A stretch of DNA of 63,290 nt, filler included, from Octopus bimaculoides (GCF_001194135.2; 12 parts of 11 records of this genome joined end to end with filler, not necessarily neighbours in it), one strand, 5' to 3'. Shown: positions 1 to 12,814, counted from the first letter of the whole stretch. Made by a program: numbers and translations. The notes: generated from the sequence alone by a model not told the origin.

Positions 1-144
1 TTATGTATATACACGCACACATTGTTTTATTCATTTACTTGTTTCAGCCCAAGCAGTTCCTTGAATAAATGATAATAATAATAATAACAGAATATAAAGA
101 GACTGAAGAAAAGCGCATGGCAGGTTACCGGCAGCTCTACCGAT

Positions 145-400
145 TCATTCTACATCGAATTTTCTCTTTTTAGCGGACGGTATATTTATCTCAGCTTTAT
201 GTTGTCGAAGTCCTTGGAACTTGGAGAAAATTAAGGTCTCTACTTTTAGCAAAAGGCTAACAATTTTGAAGATTACAATATTTAATCGGCATTGAAAAGA
301 TGAAGGGGAAAAGTTGCCCTGAGTAGGATTCGAACTCAGAATGCAAAGAGTCTGAATTTGTACCCTGTTATATGCTCTAATGATTCTGCCAGTCCGTCGA
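145..400 (-). mobile_element. Degenerate Penelope-like element, C-terminal GIY-YIG region remnant
   Basis: Translation ...SLLLKVETLIFSKFQGLRQHKAEINIPSAKKRKF resembles the C-x-L-C-L-x-E-K...N-x-R-x-E...C-x-H-x-x-K-F end of Penelope-like ORFs (compare the clearer copy at 23760-23950). Cys residues are lost. Confidence 0.4.
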
Positions 401-600
401 CATATTCTTTTACTCATTTCAGTAATTAGGCTGCGGCCAGGCCGGAGCACTGTTTCGAAGAATTTTAGCCGAATGAATCGACTCCGTTATTTATTTTTTT
501 AAAAAAGCCTAGTGCCGATCCTATCGGTCTCTTTTTGCTGAACCGTTACGTTACAGGGACATACACAAACCAGCATCAGTTATCAATTAGTAAGGGGGAA
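400..600 (-). mobile_element. SINE family B, 3' part (degenerate)
   Basis: Matches the other copies in the window (ctgcggcca...tttagtcgaa...aagcctagt...atcggtctc..ttgccgaaccg), e.g. 32590-32790 and 49158-49320. Confidence 0.7.
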
Positions 601-904
601 CATTGTCTTTATTGTCCTTTTGGTTGTAAAATAAACGGATTAATCAACAGAGTACAGTGTCTGCAAGTTGATGAGTACCTCATATTATTGATATATTTTT
701 CAATAACAATCGCGGAAAGCTAAAAGTTTAAGTCATAATTTTGACTAAGGAAAAAATAGCAAAAGTGTAGCTACAGGTTGATAGTTCTACTGTTTGATTA
801 CCTTTAGTAGTACAACATCAATGGCCATATAAAATATGGGAGGTATTTCTGCTGCACCTTGTAAAATAATTTTGTGAAAACAGCAACCATCTCGTTTGCT
901 ACAG

Positions 905-985
905 AGGTATATCATACGCTGTCCTGGTTTCGGTTCTCAAAGAGATACTGCGCTTTACTGGCGTCTCGTGTGACACTGATAAAAG
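905..985 (+). CDS. Candidate internal exon, 81 bp (unverified)
   Basis: Acceptor tctcgtttgctacAG and donor AAG|GTATGA. Length is a multiple of 3, two frames are open (GISYAVLVSVLKEILRFTGVSCDTDK or VYHTLSWFRFSKRYCALLASRVTLIK), and it is more GC-rich than its flanks. No recognised homology. Confidence 0.2.
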
Positions 986-1506
986 GTATGACTGTTCCAT
1001 AATTCTAGTCTTTTCTCTTGGTCCTTACGCACATTATTTTCTTAAATATTGTCTTCGAATTTTTTTTTTGTGTATGTCCCTTCATTTACTCGTTCACCAT
1101 CTTGATTTTCACATCCTGCATCTAAAAAGGATATATTAACTTAATATACAACTTTATTATATATTGTTAACAAACTTATATCAAACTAGTCTTGTTATAT
1201 AACATTAAATAGACGTATATTAAGCTAGTCTTTATATTCAAAAATATTTATTACTTAATATAACCAATTTATATTAATTCAACATTTAACCTTAAAATAT
1301 ATGTTGAGCTAGAAATATATTCAACAAGAAAACTCTGAATTATTCTAAAGAATTTATATTTATTGTAAAATAATTTCTTATCCCGGAAAACCAAAACTTT
1401 TCTCTTGGAATTCCGGAGGTTCCTAATGAGTGGGGGATTAAGTAAATTCTATGCCACTGGATTAAGGATTTGCTGTTCCCATTATAGATAGATATTCTGC
1501 ATATAG

Positions 1507-1537
<31 letters not shown>

Positions 1538-2143
1538 TGTATGTATGCATGCATGCATGGATATATGTATGTATGCATGTATATATATATGTGTGTGTGT
1601 GTTTGCATGTATACTATAGTATAGAACAGAATGTTCTGTGCATCTGTGTATACACCTGTACAGGTATAACATCCATTTCCAGGAAAGTTTCATTCAAAAG
1701 CCTTTCCGGATAATTAATTTTTCCGAACCAGGTGTGGTCACCTTGGTCACCATACTCTCAATTAATCAAGGATTAAATTTACTTAATTAACTAAATTAAA
1801 TACAGCTACCTGTACCTAACGATCAACTGATGCGGATTATAAACGGTTCGGCATTCTCAGCGTCCGGAAAGTGGGTAGTGTTCCAATGCATAAACACCAC
1901 GAATACGATTACATACAAACACCCGTGTACACACACACACACACACACGCACGCACGCACGCATATGCATGATAACAATGGCTGGAGGGTCAGTTTTTCT
2001 TCCAATTCTTTAAGTTCTGGGTTCAAATCTGGTCTAAGTTAAATTTGCCTTTCGTCCTTTCGATGTAACTTCTTCCTCCAAATTTCAGGACTTGTTACAA
2101 AATTCGAAGCAATTATTTGAAAGAATTATTATTATTATTATCT

Positions 2144-2335
2144 AAGGCGACGAGCTGGCAAAATCGTTAGCACGCCGGGCGAAAAGCTTAGCGGTAGTTC
2201 AAATTCTGCCGAGGTTGACTTTGCCTTTCATCCTTTCGAATTCGATAAATTAAATACCAGTTGCGTACTGGAGTCGATCTAATCGACTGGCCCCCTCCCC
2301 CAAAATTTCGGGCCTTGTGCCAAGAGTAGAAAAGT
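2144..2335 (+). mobile_element. tRNA-derived SINE family A
   Basis: Head ggcgacgagctggcaaaatcgttagc, B-box-like gttcaaattc, core gaggttgactttgcctttcatcctttcg...gataaattaa.taccag and tail aaatttcgggccttgtgcc are shared with more than 10 copies in the window. Confidence 0.85.
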
Positions 2336-3660
2336 TTATAATAATAATAATAATAATAATTATTATTATTATTATTATTATTATCATTACTATTATTATT
2401 ATTACTCACGATGGGCAATGGGTGGCTCAAGTGATTAAGTTCACCTGTGCAAACAGCATTTTATTTATATTTTATTTATTTCTTCTGAGTTCAAATCCCA
2501 TGATGAGTTTAATTAACTTTACTTCTCTCGCTTTCATGGTCAATACTAAAAAAGTACCAGTAATACACTGAGTTCAACATAACCAAGTACACCCCCCTTA
2601 CCTCAAAGAATTTTAAAATTCGTGTTTACGTTAGCATCTTTTAAAACCAATGGGATAGGATATCTGTCTGTCTGTCTCTTTTTCTGCTCCCTTTATCGCT
2701 AAATATAATGAGAACCCATAAATTAATTACAATCTTTATAGATCCCTGGATCTGTAGGGTCCCTCGAGGTGACGAAAATTTAATTAGTTAGCTAGGCGGG
2801 GCTTTACTCTATCTCCAGTAACTGCCTTTCTACCGAACATAAAAATCGAACTCGTTACTGCAACGCACACACATCAATTTCACAGTGTTGCCCCTACCTA
2901 AAACAAGGAGTTTTATTAATCAACAGCTTGAACAAAGTAGCTAAACCTCCCTCAAATTCCACTGTAATATCTTAAAGGAGGGTTTTTGCCTTTGATCAAT
3001 AGGATCAAACAACTGCAAGAAAGAGGTAGTTTTTACGTATTCACTCGACCTGCGACAAATAGCAGCCAAATCTCCTTCAAAGAACATTGCCGTATTTTTT
3101 TAAAGCGACAACTCGAGATGGTCATGACTGGAACGTCTATAGTTATAATAGGTTTGCTTATTCGGGGTTAGAAAACAATAACAACGACTAGTATTTATCA
3201 ACTTTTGAGAGGATGCAACGCAATGACATCGTTTGCAGGATTCGAACTCACAATCTACAGGTATGTACCAAAAACACCACCACCTAACCCCCTCACCCCA
3301 CCACATTCATATACATAATTGTATATATGTGTATATATACATACACATTATATATATATATATATATACATATATATCGTCAATGTATCATATATCCGAA
3401 AAAGAAGCGTCGATGTGTAAATTATATATATATATATATATANNNNNNNNNNTATGTATGTATGTATTCATGTGTGTATGTGTGTGAATGTGCGTGTTTA
3501 AGTTTGTGTCGGCAACCTAGCGGTTCAGCAAAACAATATAGAAGGAATATCAGAATAGGGGTCGTTTTGATCGACGAAAAAACCTTTAAAAGGTAGTGTT
3601 CCTGCATGGTCGCAGTCCAATGATTGAAGCAAGCGAAAGAATTAACCAATAAATATTGTA

Positions 3661-4940
3661 TACAGTAAACGGTTAACAGTAACTTTCAATTCATCTAATT
3701 ATGAGGAACAGTTAACATGCCCGAAATTTCACGTCTTAAACGGTTAACCTGTTAACCATTCCATATATTAACCATTTTTTTTTGTTAACTATTTTTAAAT
3801 AGTAATTGTGATTATATCTTTGGGAAAGATAATCGCGATTATAAGCGAGGATATCAATTGGTAACTCAGTGAGAATTTAACATGTTAACTATTTAATATG
3901 TTAACATTTTAACATATTAAATAGTTAACGCTTAGTACTTATTTAATAATAATAATTTGGTGTTTTTCTTTGTTTTTTTATGTACTTGTTTCAGTCATTA
4001 GACTGCGGCTATTCTGGGGCACCGCCTTAAGGAATTTTTAGTCGAACGAATCGACCCCGGTACTTATTTTTTTAAAGCCCCGTACTCATTTCATCGGTAT
4101 TTTGCCGATCCACAAAGTGACGGTAACTTAAACACAAAAACTCCGGCTCACAAATACACACACACACACACACGCACACAACAAGCTTCTTTAAGTTTCC
4201 GTCTGCCAAATTCACTCACATGGCTTTGTTCGGCCTCGGGCCATAGGGGAACCCAGTGCCATGTGGTTAGAAAGCAGATTTCTTATCACACATTAAAAAA
4301 TGTAATTATACGCAATATTTTAATATATTAACCATTTAAAATCTTATCTAACCGATATGTTAACCATTTAATGTTTTAACTATTCTACATGTTAACCATC
4401 GAACACGTTAACCGTTTATTATTGGAGTACGTTAACTTTTTGAACATTTGGATTATTTCTGTAAATTGAACATTTAAATTGTTAAATATTTAACATGTTA
4501 ACTAACAGGTAACTTAACTACGTGACTTAACGATCTTACATGATAAAAATTTAACGTGTTAAATATATTAATATATATTAACTATGTTAGTTGTTTCACC
4601 GTTACAGAATTTCAGGAGATTAAACACGTAACATGTCAACTACCACATGTTAACTAACTGGCATGTTAACAATTTAATATGTTAAAGATTTGAATATGTA
4701 AACTGCTGCGCCATAAACCTCTTTTAATTAGATAAAGCAGTTGACCTGTGAAACATTTCTCATGTTATCTAGTGCCTTGGCAATGAAAATGTTAACTATA
4801 TAGGAATGTTAAAGAGCTGACATATTTACCATTTAACGTGGTACATGGTTATGTTAAGAACTCAATGAGTTCATTAGTGACCATGTTAATTATCTGATAT
4901 TAAATGTTTAACTATAAACGTACATTAATTAGTTAACATT
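3661..4940. repeat. Degenerate palindromic GTTAAC / TTAACATGTTAA repeat island, interrupted by a SINE-B
   Basis: At least 15 GTTAAC sites counted by eye, plus many TTAAC/ACATGT variants. TAAACGGTTAAC occurs at 3666 and 3737 and inverted at 4407. Confidence 0.8.
3975..4292 (-). mobile_element. SINE family B, near full length with internal (CA)n
   Basis: 3' end ttgtttcagtcatt.gactgcggc, internal CA tract at about 4155-4180, and head remnant ...atgtggttagaaagcag.tttctt.ccaca. Confidence 0.85.
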
Positions 4941-5219
4941 AATATTCTGTTTTCCAATATATAAAACTCAACTTTAAGTTTTATAGGGTCAATATTATAC
5001 CGATATAATGTATCGATCTCAGAGGTCTATAGATTTCATCAGCTAACTTTATAATGTGTGTGTGTGTGTGCATCCTTATATATACACGCTTGCACACATA
5101 CAGATACGCGCGTGCGCACACACAAACACAGATAAATACATATAGGCATATAATATATATATATATATAAATATACTAATATCTATCTATATATCGATCT
5201 ATCAATCAGAATATATATG

Positions 5220-5258
<39 letters not shown>

Positions 5259-5280
5259 CTATGTATGTATATATATATAA

Positions 5281-5336
<56 letters not shown>

Positions 5337-5674
5337 ATATTCCTATGCAGTTTGTACAAACTGGATTGTATCCCTGTGCCAACAAGTAGCTGTATGTTTA
5401 CTTATTTCGCAATAATCTTTCAATCTGTCCATGTAGACAATTACCCAAATGTATTTTTAATAAAATGTCGGTTTATCTATCTATTTGATCACTAACTCTC
5501 CCTATATCGCTGCATAAATCTATGTCTTCTGACTGTCTGACTCTCGGTGATTCTGTTCACTTATAAATGCCAAACACCTGTGTTTCCGTTCACTATACAC
5601 ACACATTCACAAACACACACACACATGTATACATACACATGCATAAACGAAAGCTTATATATATATATATATAT

Positions 5675-5774
5675 NNNNNNNNNNNNNNNNNNNNNNNNNN
5701 NNNNNNNNNNNNNNNNNNTTAATTAATTAANNNNNNNNNNNNNNNNNNNNNNNNNNNNNNNNNNNNNNNNNNNN
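5675..5774. other. Artificial scaffold-join linker N44-TTAATTAATTAA-N44 (1 of 11)
   Basis: The identical 100-bp cassette also starts at 18265, 27428, 32118, 37513, 39023, 42323, 49058, 52882, 58547 and 61958. The palindrome gives stop codons in all six frames. Confidence 0.97.
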
Positions 5775-5847
5775 TCCTCAGTCAAATCGTCCAACCCATG
5801 CTAGGATGGAAAGCGGACGTTAAACGATGATGATGATGATGATGATG

Positions 5848-5850
<3 letters not shown>
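5775..5850 (+). mobile_element. Repeat family D ((GAT)n-tailed SINE/LINE-end), 3' fragment
   Basis: cagtcaaatcgtccaacccatgctag.atggaaagcggacgttaaacgatgatgat, the reverse complement of the copy at 6235. Confidence 0.85.
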
Positions 5851-5879
<29 letters not shown>

Positions 5880-6234
5880 GCACCAGACATCTTGCTCTGA
5901 GGGTCTATGAGGTGTCATGCAAGCCTTATTGGACCTAAAACTCTGCACACTGACCTCTGCATTACTGACCTCTGCTCGATATGTGCCTCATTTTTTTCCT
6001 CTTCCCTTGTATATATATTTACTTTTATTTACAAAATCTGGATGGAACTCGAACATTTCATGCTGGAATATGCGCACTCTTTTGGATAACAAGAGTGATT
6101 GTAGGTGTGCAAAAGCAGAACTCATTAGCCATCAATGGAGTCACAAATGCAAAATATAAGTTAGTCCTAGAGTGCACAATGTTCCTGAAGGTCAGTAATG
6201 ACCTTCCTCAGTCACGAGTGGATGACTATCATAC

Positions 6235-6470
6235 ATATCATCATCATCATCACCATCGTTTAACGTCCGCTTTCCATGCTAGCATGGGTTGGACGATTTG
6301 ACTGAGGACTGGTGCAACCGGATGGCTATACCAGCCTCCAATCTAATTTGGCAGAGTTTCTACAGCTGGATGCCCTTCCTAACGCCAACCACTCAGAGAA
6401 TGTAGTGGGTGCTTTTATGTGTCACCCGCACGAAAACAGCCACGCTCGAAATGGTGTCTTTTAATATGAT
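6235..6470 (-). mobile_element. Repeat family D
   Basis: (CAT)n tail then cgtttaacgtccgctttccatgctagcatgggttgg...ctacagctggatgcccttcctaacgccaaccactc. Also at 9838, 10370, 29349 and 29921. Confidence 0.85.
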
Positions 6471-7296
6471 ATATATATATATTCTTTTATTCTTTTACTT
6501 GTTTCAGTCATTTGNNNNNNNNNNNNNNNNNNNNNNNNNNNNNNNNNNNNNNNNNNNNNNNNNNNNNNNNNNNNNNNNNNNNNNNNNNNNNNNNNNNNNN
6601 NNNNNNNNNNNNNNNNNNNNNNNNNNNNNNNNNNNNNNNNNNNNNNNNNNNNNNNNNNNNNNNNNNNNNNNNNNNNNNNNNNNNNNNNNNNNNNNNNNNN
6701 NNNNNNNNNNNNNNNNNNNNNNNNNNNNNNNNNNNNNNNNNNNNNNNNNNNNNNNNNNNNNNNNNNNNNNNNNNNNNNNNNNNNNNNNNNNNNNNNNNNN
6801 NNNNNNNNNNNNNNNNNNNNNNNNNNNNNNNNNNNNNNNNNNNNNNNNNNNNNNNNNNNNNNNNNNNNNNNNNNNNNNNNNNNNNNNNNNNNNNNNNNNN
6901 NNNNNNNNNNNNNNNNNNNNNNNNNNNNNNNNNNNNNNNNNNNNNNNNNNNNNNNNNNNNNNNNNNNNNNNNNNNNNNNNNNNNNNNNNNNNNNNNNNNN
7001 NNNNNNNNNNNNNNNNNNNNNNNNNNNNNNNNNNNNNNNNNNNNNNNNNNNNNNNNNNNNNNNNNNNNNNNNNNNNNNNNNNNNNNNNNNNNNNNNNNNN
7101 NNNNNNNNNNNNNNNNNNNNNNNNNNNNNNNNNNNNNNNNNNNNNNNNNNNNNNNNNNNNNNNNNNNNNNNNNNNNNNNNNNNNNNNNNNNNNNNNNNNN
7201 NNNNNNNNNNNNNNNNNNNNNNNNNNNNNNNNNNNNNNNNNNNNNNNNNNNNNNNNNNNNNNNNNNNNNNNNNNNNNNNNNATATGCATATATATG

Positions 7297-7331
<35 letters not shown>

Positions 7332-7703
7332 GCATATATATGTATATATATGTATATATATATATATGTATGTATAAATATATATATTTATACATACATT
7401 CACATTACTGAAAATAATCGAGCTGTTTGCTCATTATATTGGTCTCAAGTTTTGGCAAAAGGCCAGCAATTTCAAGGGTGGAGGCAAGTGGATTCCATCA
7501 ACCCAGTACTGAACTGGTTCTTATCTTATCGACCCCAAAAGGATGAAAAGGAATGTTAACCTTGGTAGAATATGAACTCAGGACGTAATGACAGGTAAAA
7601 TGCTGCTAAGAATTCTGCTAGTTCACAGCTTTCTTAACTCATTGTATTACTAGAAGAGGTTGTCTCTGGCATCTTAGGGAAAAAAAAGGGGCGCATTTTA
7701 GAT

Positions 7704-7985
7704 CGGTGGTTCTCTCTTGGGGGCGATGGAAAGATCCAGGTGGGCGTTGAGGAAAAGTGGGAGGAAAAGTGGGATGATAATGGGGTGGCCAAAATGGGGT
7801 GATAAATGTAAAAACAAAAAATATTAATAGGTTAATTAGGTTTAAGTTTTATTTGTGAAATACAGTTGTTTTAAATTTGCTGTAGAAAGTGTTCTATATT
7901 TGTGGTGGGTAGGGTGAGGGGGCGCTCGGAATGTGGCCCGGGTGCCAAAGTGGGGTGGCAGCCTGAAAAAGTTTGGGAACTACTG
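7704..7985. mobile_element. Non-autonomous hAT (Charlie-like) MITE, 282 bp
   Basis: Termini cggtggttctc... and ...aaagtttgggaactactg (CAGTGGTTC-type TIR). The 8-bp TSD ttttagat (7696-7703) / ctttagat (7986-7993) resembles the Charlie NTCTAGAN target. Confidence 0.85.
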
Positions 7986-8695
7986 CTTTAGATAGTTGTT
8001 CTTGATGTATTATTTGAAAATAAAGTGTAATGTTCATGATTAGATCTCAGTGTACAATTAACCTTGGGTTAAACAGCAAATATTTTCTTTTATAGCAATC
8101 CCTACCAAGAATGAAGGTTAAAATAGACAAACCATGATGAGAAAGCTAAAAATCACAGTTCTACATTTCCCTCTCTTCTGTCAAGAATACTATTGTGTTG
8201 ATAGAATGATTAGAATAGCAAAGAGTCATTCTGTTGTTTTACATCAAATAATTTATTATAATTCTTTTATAAAAACAGAGGAACAAAAGATATTATTAAT
8301 GGATGATGCAAGAAACAGATGGTTGTTTTAAAGCCCTATCAGCTGTAATATGTATGATGTTATATAAGCAGGAATTGGATATTCATTGAGCAGTAAATGA
8401 AAGTATTAAAACTTACTGTAAGAATCAATATGTTTTGTATGATACTTATCAAAACTGAATGCAAATGAAGAATAAAAATGTTTTATGGACAACGAATGTA
8501 ATGATATTAATTATTTATAGAAAAAAAAAAAAAGAAAAAGGAAAATGATTAGAATTAAATTTTTATTTTGTTTTTGTACCCATGACAGAAGTATTGGATT
8601 TTTCATTTGGAAATAATGCCAATGGATTTAAGTGAGCTTCATGAAAGTATCCTGCATGGCTGTGGTTTAAAGTTCAGGGTTAAACCAGGAACATT

Positions 8696-8739
8696 TCATC
8701 TCTCCCAAAGTTTGCTGTGAAAATCTGCTGGTGATAGTC
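8696..8739 (-). CDS. Candidate terminal coding exon (unverified)
   Basis: Acceptor ttgtattcattatAG. Reads (G)LSPADFHSKLWER* in phase 1, or DYHQQIFTANFGRDEMFLV* in phase 0 (ending about 8680). Followed by about 700 bp of unique AT-rich UTR-like DNA. The polypyrimidine tract is weak. Confidence 0.2.
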
Positions 8740-9264
8740 CTATAATGAATACAACCATTTTCTTCAGAATTAATCTTCAATTCATAAGTGGAACAGAAAC
8801 AGAATTTAAATGAGCTCAATATAGTTCAACATTAATAAGAGAAGCCATGATATTAAAAAGAAAATTTGAAGGAAAGGTCCCTTGTGACATTATAAATGGT
8901 ATTTCAAATAATTTAAATGTTCTGTATCTCTTGGGAAATATTTCTAATTGTCATTTAGCAAATCATATTTTCTTTTATGGAATTATAGATTGAGTAAATC
9001 AAAGCTTTATTTCTATTTATTTTAATTATCTACTGTCTTCTGAAGAACCTATTTAAAATAGTTTCTTTTGAAAACAGTTATTCAATATAAAATCTGTGGA
9101 ATATATGCATATAAGAATAATATTTCTGAATTTTATTACATATCATAAGATATGAATACATGCTCATCATTATTTATAAGAAATAAAATGCTAACGTCTT
9201 TGGTTCAGTAATATTAAATGAAACTAAAGAGGTGCACTAGAAGAATCATTAACACACTAGGCAA

Positions 9265-9630
9265 AGTGCTTTGTGTCATTTCATCCATTTTCATGTTCTG
9301 AGTTCAAATTCCACTGAGGTAGGATTTGCTTTTCATCTTTTCGGGGTTGATAAAATAAGTACCAGTTGAACACTAGGGTCGATGTAATCGACTTAACACC
9401 TTCCCCGAAATCGCCAAAATTTGAAATCAGACTCATTAATGGGTCAACCAAATGTTTGACCTCATTTCGTTTGTCATTATGTTCTGAGGTCAAATTCTGT
9501 AAAGGTCGACTTTGCCTTTCATCCTTTCGAGGTCAATAGAATAAGCTCCAGTTGAACACTGGGGTTGGTGTGATCGATTTACCCCCACCCCAAAATTGTT
9601 GGCCTAGTGCCAAAATTTGAAACCAATATT
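9265..9630 (+). mobile_element. Two tandem partial SINE-A copies
   Basis: The core ttctgagttcaaatt...ttgcttttcatc.tttcgggg.tgataaaataagtaccagttgaacact occurs twice. Confidence 0.8.
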
Positions 9631-9837
9631 AAATGAAACTATGATTACAGTTTTCTTTATCTTATCCAAAATAAGAGTATTGCTTTTGAAGAAGAGAGAC
9701 AAAGCAATTTATCGATATGTAAAGATAGTCAAAGTAACTGAATATTCCGTTAATTAAAACTTATTTGAAGTCTTAAGTTGTGATAATGAAATCAAATTTT
9801 TTGTATATTTATTTTGTTGCTTTCAAATTCTGGCAAC

Positions 9838-10200
9838 ATCATCATCATCATTATCATTGTTTGATATCTACTTTCCACGCTGGCATGGGTTGGACGGTTT
9901 GATTGAGGACTGGCAAGCCAGGAGGTTGCACCAGGCTCCAATCTGATCTGGCAATATTTCTACAGCTGGATGCCCTTCCTAATGCCAATCACTCCAAGAG
10001 TGTAGTGGGTGCTGTTAATGTGCCGCCAGCACAGGAGCCAGTTGGGGGCACTGGCATTGACCATGTTTGGATGGTGCTTTTTACATGCCACCGGCACAGG
10101 AGCCAGTCAGGGGGCACTGGCATTGACCACGTTTGGAGGGTGCCAGTCAGGGGGCACTGGCATCAACCTACACTTGAATGGTGCTTATGGGGCACCACCT
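9838..10200 (-). mobile_element. Repeat family D with internal ~55-60 bp tandem subrepeats
   Basis: Same motifs as the 6235 copy, plus a repeated gtgccaccggcacaggagccagtcagggggcactggcattgacca unit. Confidence 0.85.
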
Positions 10201-10735
10201 TTAAGAGTTTAGTTGAATGAATTGACTCCAGTACTTATTTTAAAACCTATTGCTTTTTCTGTTAGTCTGCTTTGTCAAACTGTAAAATTAAGGGATCTAA
10301 ATGATACATATTGTCAAGCAGTGACGGAGGTATGGTTATATATAAATACCCCACCCCCATACATATAAGTTGGTGGAAAAGCACCCATTAAACTCTCAGA
10401 GTGGTTGGCATTAGGAAGGGCATCCAGCCATAGAAACCATGCCAAATCAGACTAGAACCCGGTGCAGCTCTCCGGGTTACCAGTTCCAGTCAAACCATCT
10501 GACCCATGCCAGGTTAAATGATGACGATGATCACACACACACACACACACACACACACATAAATGTGTATGTGTGTGATGGGATTCCTTTCAGTTTCTGT
10601 CTATCAAATCGACTTACAAGACATTAGTTAGGCAGGGGTTATAGCGGACACTTGTTCAAGGTGCCATGCAGTGAGACTGAATCCAAGACTGCATAGTTCA
10701 GAGGCAATCTTCTTAACCACACAGCCGTACCTGCA
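10200..10735 (-). mobile_element. SINE-B interrupted by a family D copy (10370-10530, + strand) at its internal microsatellite
   Basis: SINE-B 3' part at 10200-10330, the D copy ending gttaaatgatgacgatga, (CA)n, then the SINE-B head at 10575-10735. Confidence 0.7.
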
Positions 10736-10750
10736 ACTTATAAAAGGATG

Positions 10751-10870
10751 CTACTTACAGTTCCAAGGTTTGCCAGGCTGTCACCCGTCTTAGTACTAAC
10801 TGGACTTGACATTGTTTAACTTTAGTGATTGGATGAGAACTGGTATTTTCAACATGATATGGCCATAAGC
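10751..10870 (-). pseudogene. 5S rRNA: Full-length 5S rRNA pseudogene
   Basis: Reverse complement gcttatggccatatcatgttgaaaataccagttctcatccaatcactaaagttaaacaatgtcaagtccagttagtactaagacgggtgacagcctggcaaaccttggaactgtaag aligns over 120 nt with the metazoan 5S consensus. About six consensus CpGs appear as TpG/CpA, and a TTTT run follows a few nt downstream. Confidence 0.92.
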
Positions 10871-12001
10871 CATATCATATTTACCTTACATCCCTCCAGG
10901 GATCAATTTATGTTACACTCTACCAAAACCAATATCATTAATACATGTGAGATACTATAGGTTGATATCTCCTCTTATAAACATCTCCCTTGCCTATGAA
11001 ATGAATTCATTATAATATCAATTTTGCAATGATTCAGATTTAGGATTTTCGATAAATAAACTGCATATATGTAATCTATACCCTCCAAAACTCTGCAACC
11101 ACTAATCAATCATTAAGCTTAACCATAGAGTCCTTTTACTTTAAACAATTGAATATTACAGACAAAAAATACAGCAAAGTAAATCTTACGTAGTGTTTAA
11201 TATATGTAAACATATGCTGTCTAATCATGCTTAAATGGAATGCCATTCAAAATGTAATGTTGATGTGAAAAGAAAAAGAACAAAAGAAGATAATATTTTG
11301 ATGTAACCTTATAATACTTCTATATTCCATCTTATAATCTGCTTTCCTTTCTGTCTTCAGATCAATAAAGATCCTTTATGCCATACAACTTATACTGAAT
11401 AGAATATGGTTCAGCAGGAAAAGGGGAAACAATATTAATACATGAAATAGGCATTTCATAAAATTAATTCCATTGCCCAACCAAGTTTAATATCTCTATT
11501 TCAGTAGAAGAGCTTGCATATATTAAAATCTCTGTATAAACAATAAGTTAGTGACTGACATAGCATAACTTTCGTCTATAGATTAATTCCTACATTTATT
11601 ATGAGAATTCTTGACCATAGATTTATCTTTTCATGAATATCATAATAAAATATAAGATTTAATAAAGTATCAAATTGAAATGTTTGTATTAATTTACCAG
11701 TAGCATTTTAAGTATTATTGCTAAATTTGCCTCCAAATAGGAAGCCATAAAACATTTATTAATAAAACTTTCATAAAAGATAGTTAAAATTAAAAGATGG
11801 AAAATGTATAAATGTATATTGTACTGCTGGCCAACATGATATGATTTCATATCTACCGCAGGCATTTCATTGTATTTTCTGTCAAACTATTCCATTTCGG
11901 TGTGCACTGACAGGCTCAACTCACAATACACCTTTGACCTACTGTGTTCTACAGCATGTTCTGACTTCCATACCGTTCATCTGGCAGTCAAAAATACATA
12001 C

Positions 12002-12046
12002 CAGTACTTCTGGGAATGCTCTTAGGTATTTCAGGGGGGAAGGTGA
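12002..12046 (-). CDS. Candidate internal exon, 45 bp (unverified)
   Basis: Acceptor tttctgtctcctttttctaaaAG and donor CTG|GTATGT. Open in phase 0 (VTFPLKYLRAFPEVL) and phase 1 (HLPPEIPKSIPRST). Lies in unique CpG-depleted DNA. Confidence 0.35.
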
Positions 12047-12574
12047 CCTTTTAGAAAAAGGAGACAGAAATGTACTTTAATATATCTTGGAACATAATGC
12101 ACAAAAATGAGGGCAGTCATTATCATACTTTCATATGTATTCATTCGCCTTTGATATTTTCATCTAATAAATCTTTTTCACAATTGTTCAAGTCACAATA
12201 CCTTAGAGGTTATGCTTGATGACTGGCAAGTGACTGCTTAGTTTTGAAATTAATATATAATTTATATGCAATTTTAACTGACAACTCCAAATTCAAACCA
12301 TACCACCACAAATCAATAAAGATGGCTTGGAAAAAAAAAATGTTTATCTTTGTAACATATATATTCAAAGAATCAGTTTCTAGTTTATAAACAGTTTATC
12401 TTTTGATCATATCTAAGTGTTGATCTATGGGGCTCTATTTCTCTCCCTCTCATCTTTTTTTTTTTATTAGAAGTTCACTCTGGGGCCACAGTATTTCAGT
12501 GTGCTTTGAATGACCCACATTTCATTAACCCTTTCGTTACCATTTCACTATAGAATTATACAGTCTTCTTCTTT

Positions 12575-12778
12575 TGTTCCTTTATTTCTTTCAGTCACCT
12601 TGAAGAATTTTTAGTTCAATGAACTGATTCCAGTACTTACTTTATTTTTTTAAAGCCTAGTTCTTGTTTTTTATTGGTCTCATTTGTCAAACTGCTGGTC
12701 ACAGAGTGATGTAAACACACCAACATCAGTTATCAAAAATTGGTGTGTGTGGGACAAACACAGACACAAATGCATGCA

Positions 12779-12814
<36 letters not shown>

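Noticed and set aside
5719-5730. Recurring palindrome TTAATTAATTAA as a biological repeat or CRISPR-like array
   Set aside because: It is always centred in exactly 44+44 Ns, so it is an assembly linker. There are no spacers or cas genes.
6040-6110. CWNMRTLLDNKSD, similar to the start of an RTE endonuclease
   Set aside because: The match is too short and the frame does not continue into further APE motifs.
6409-7411. Long ORFs of 150-320 aa here and at 13833, 19909, 22029, 25122, 36311, 44363 and 52934
   Set aside because: They are open only because N gaps and (TA)n/(CA)n/(GAT)n microsatellites contain no stop codons.
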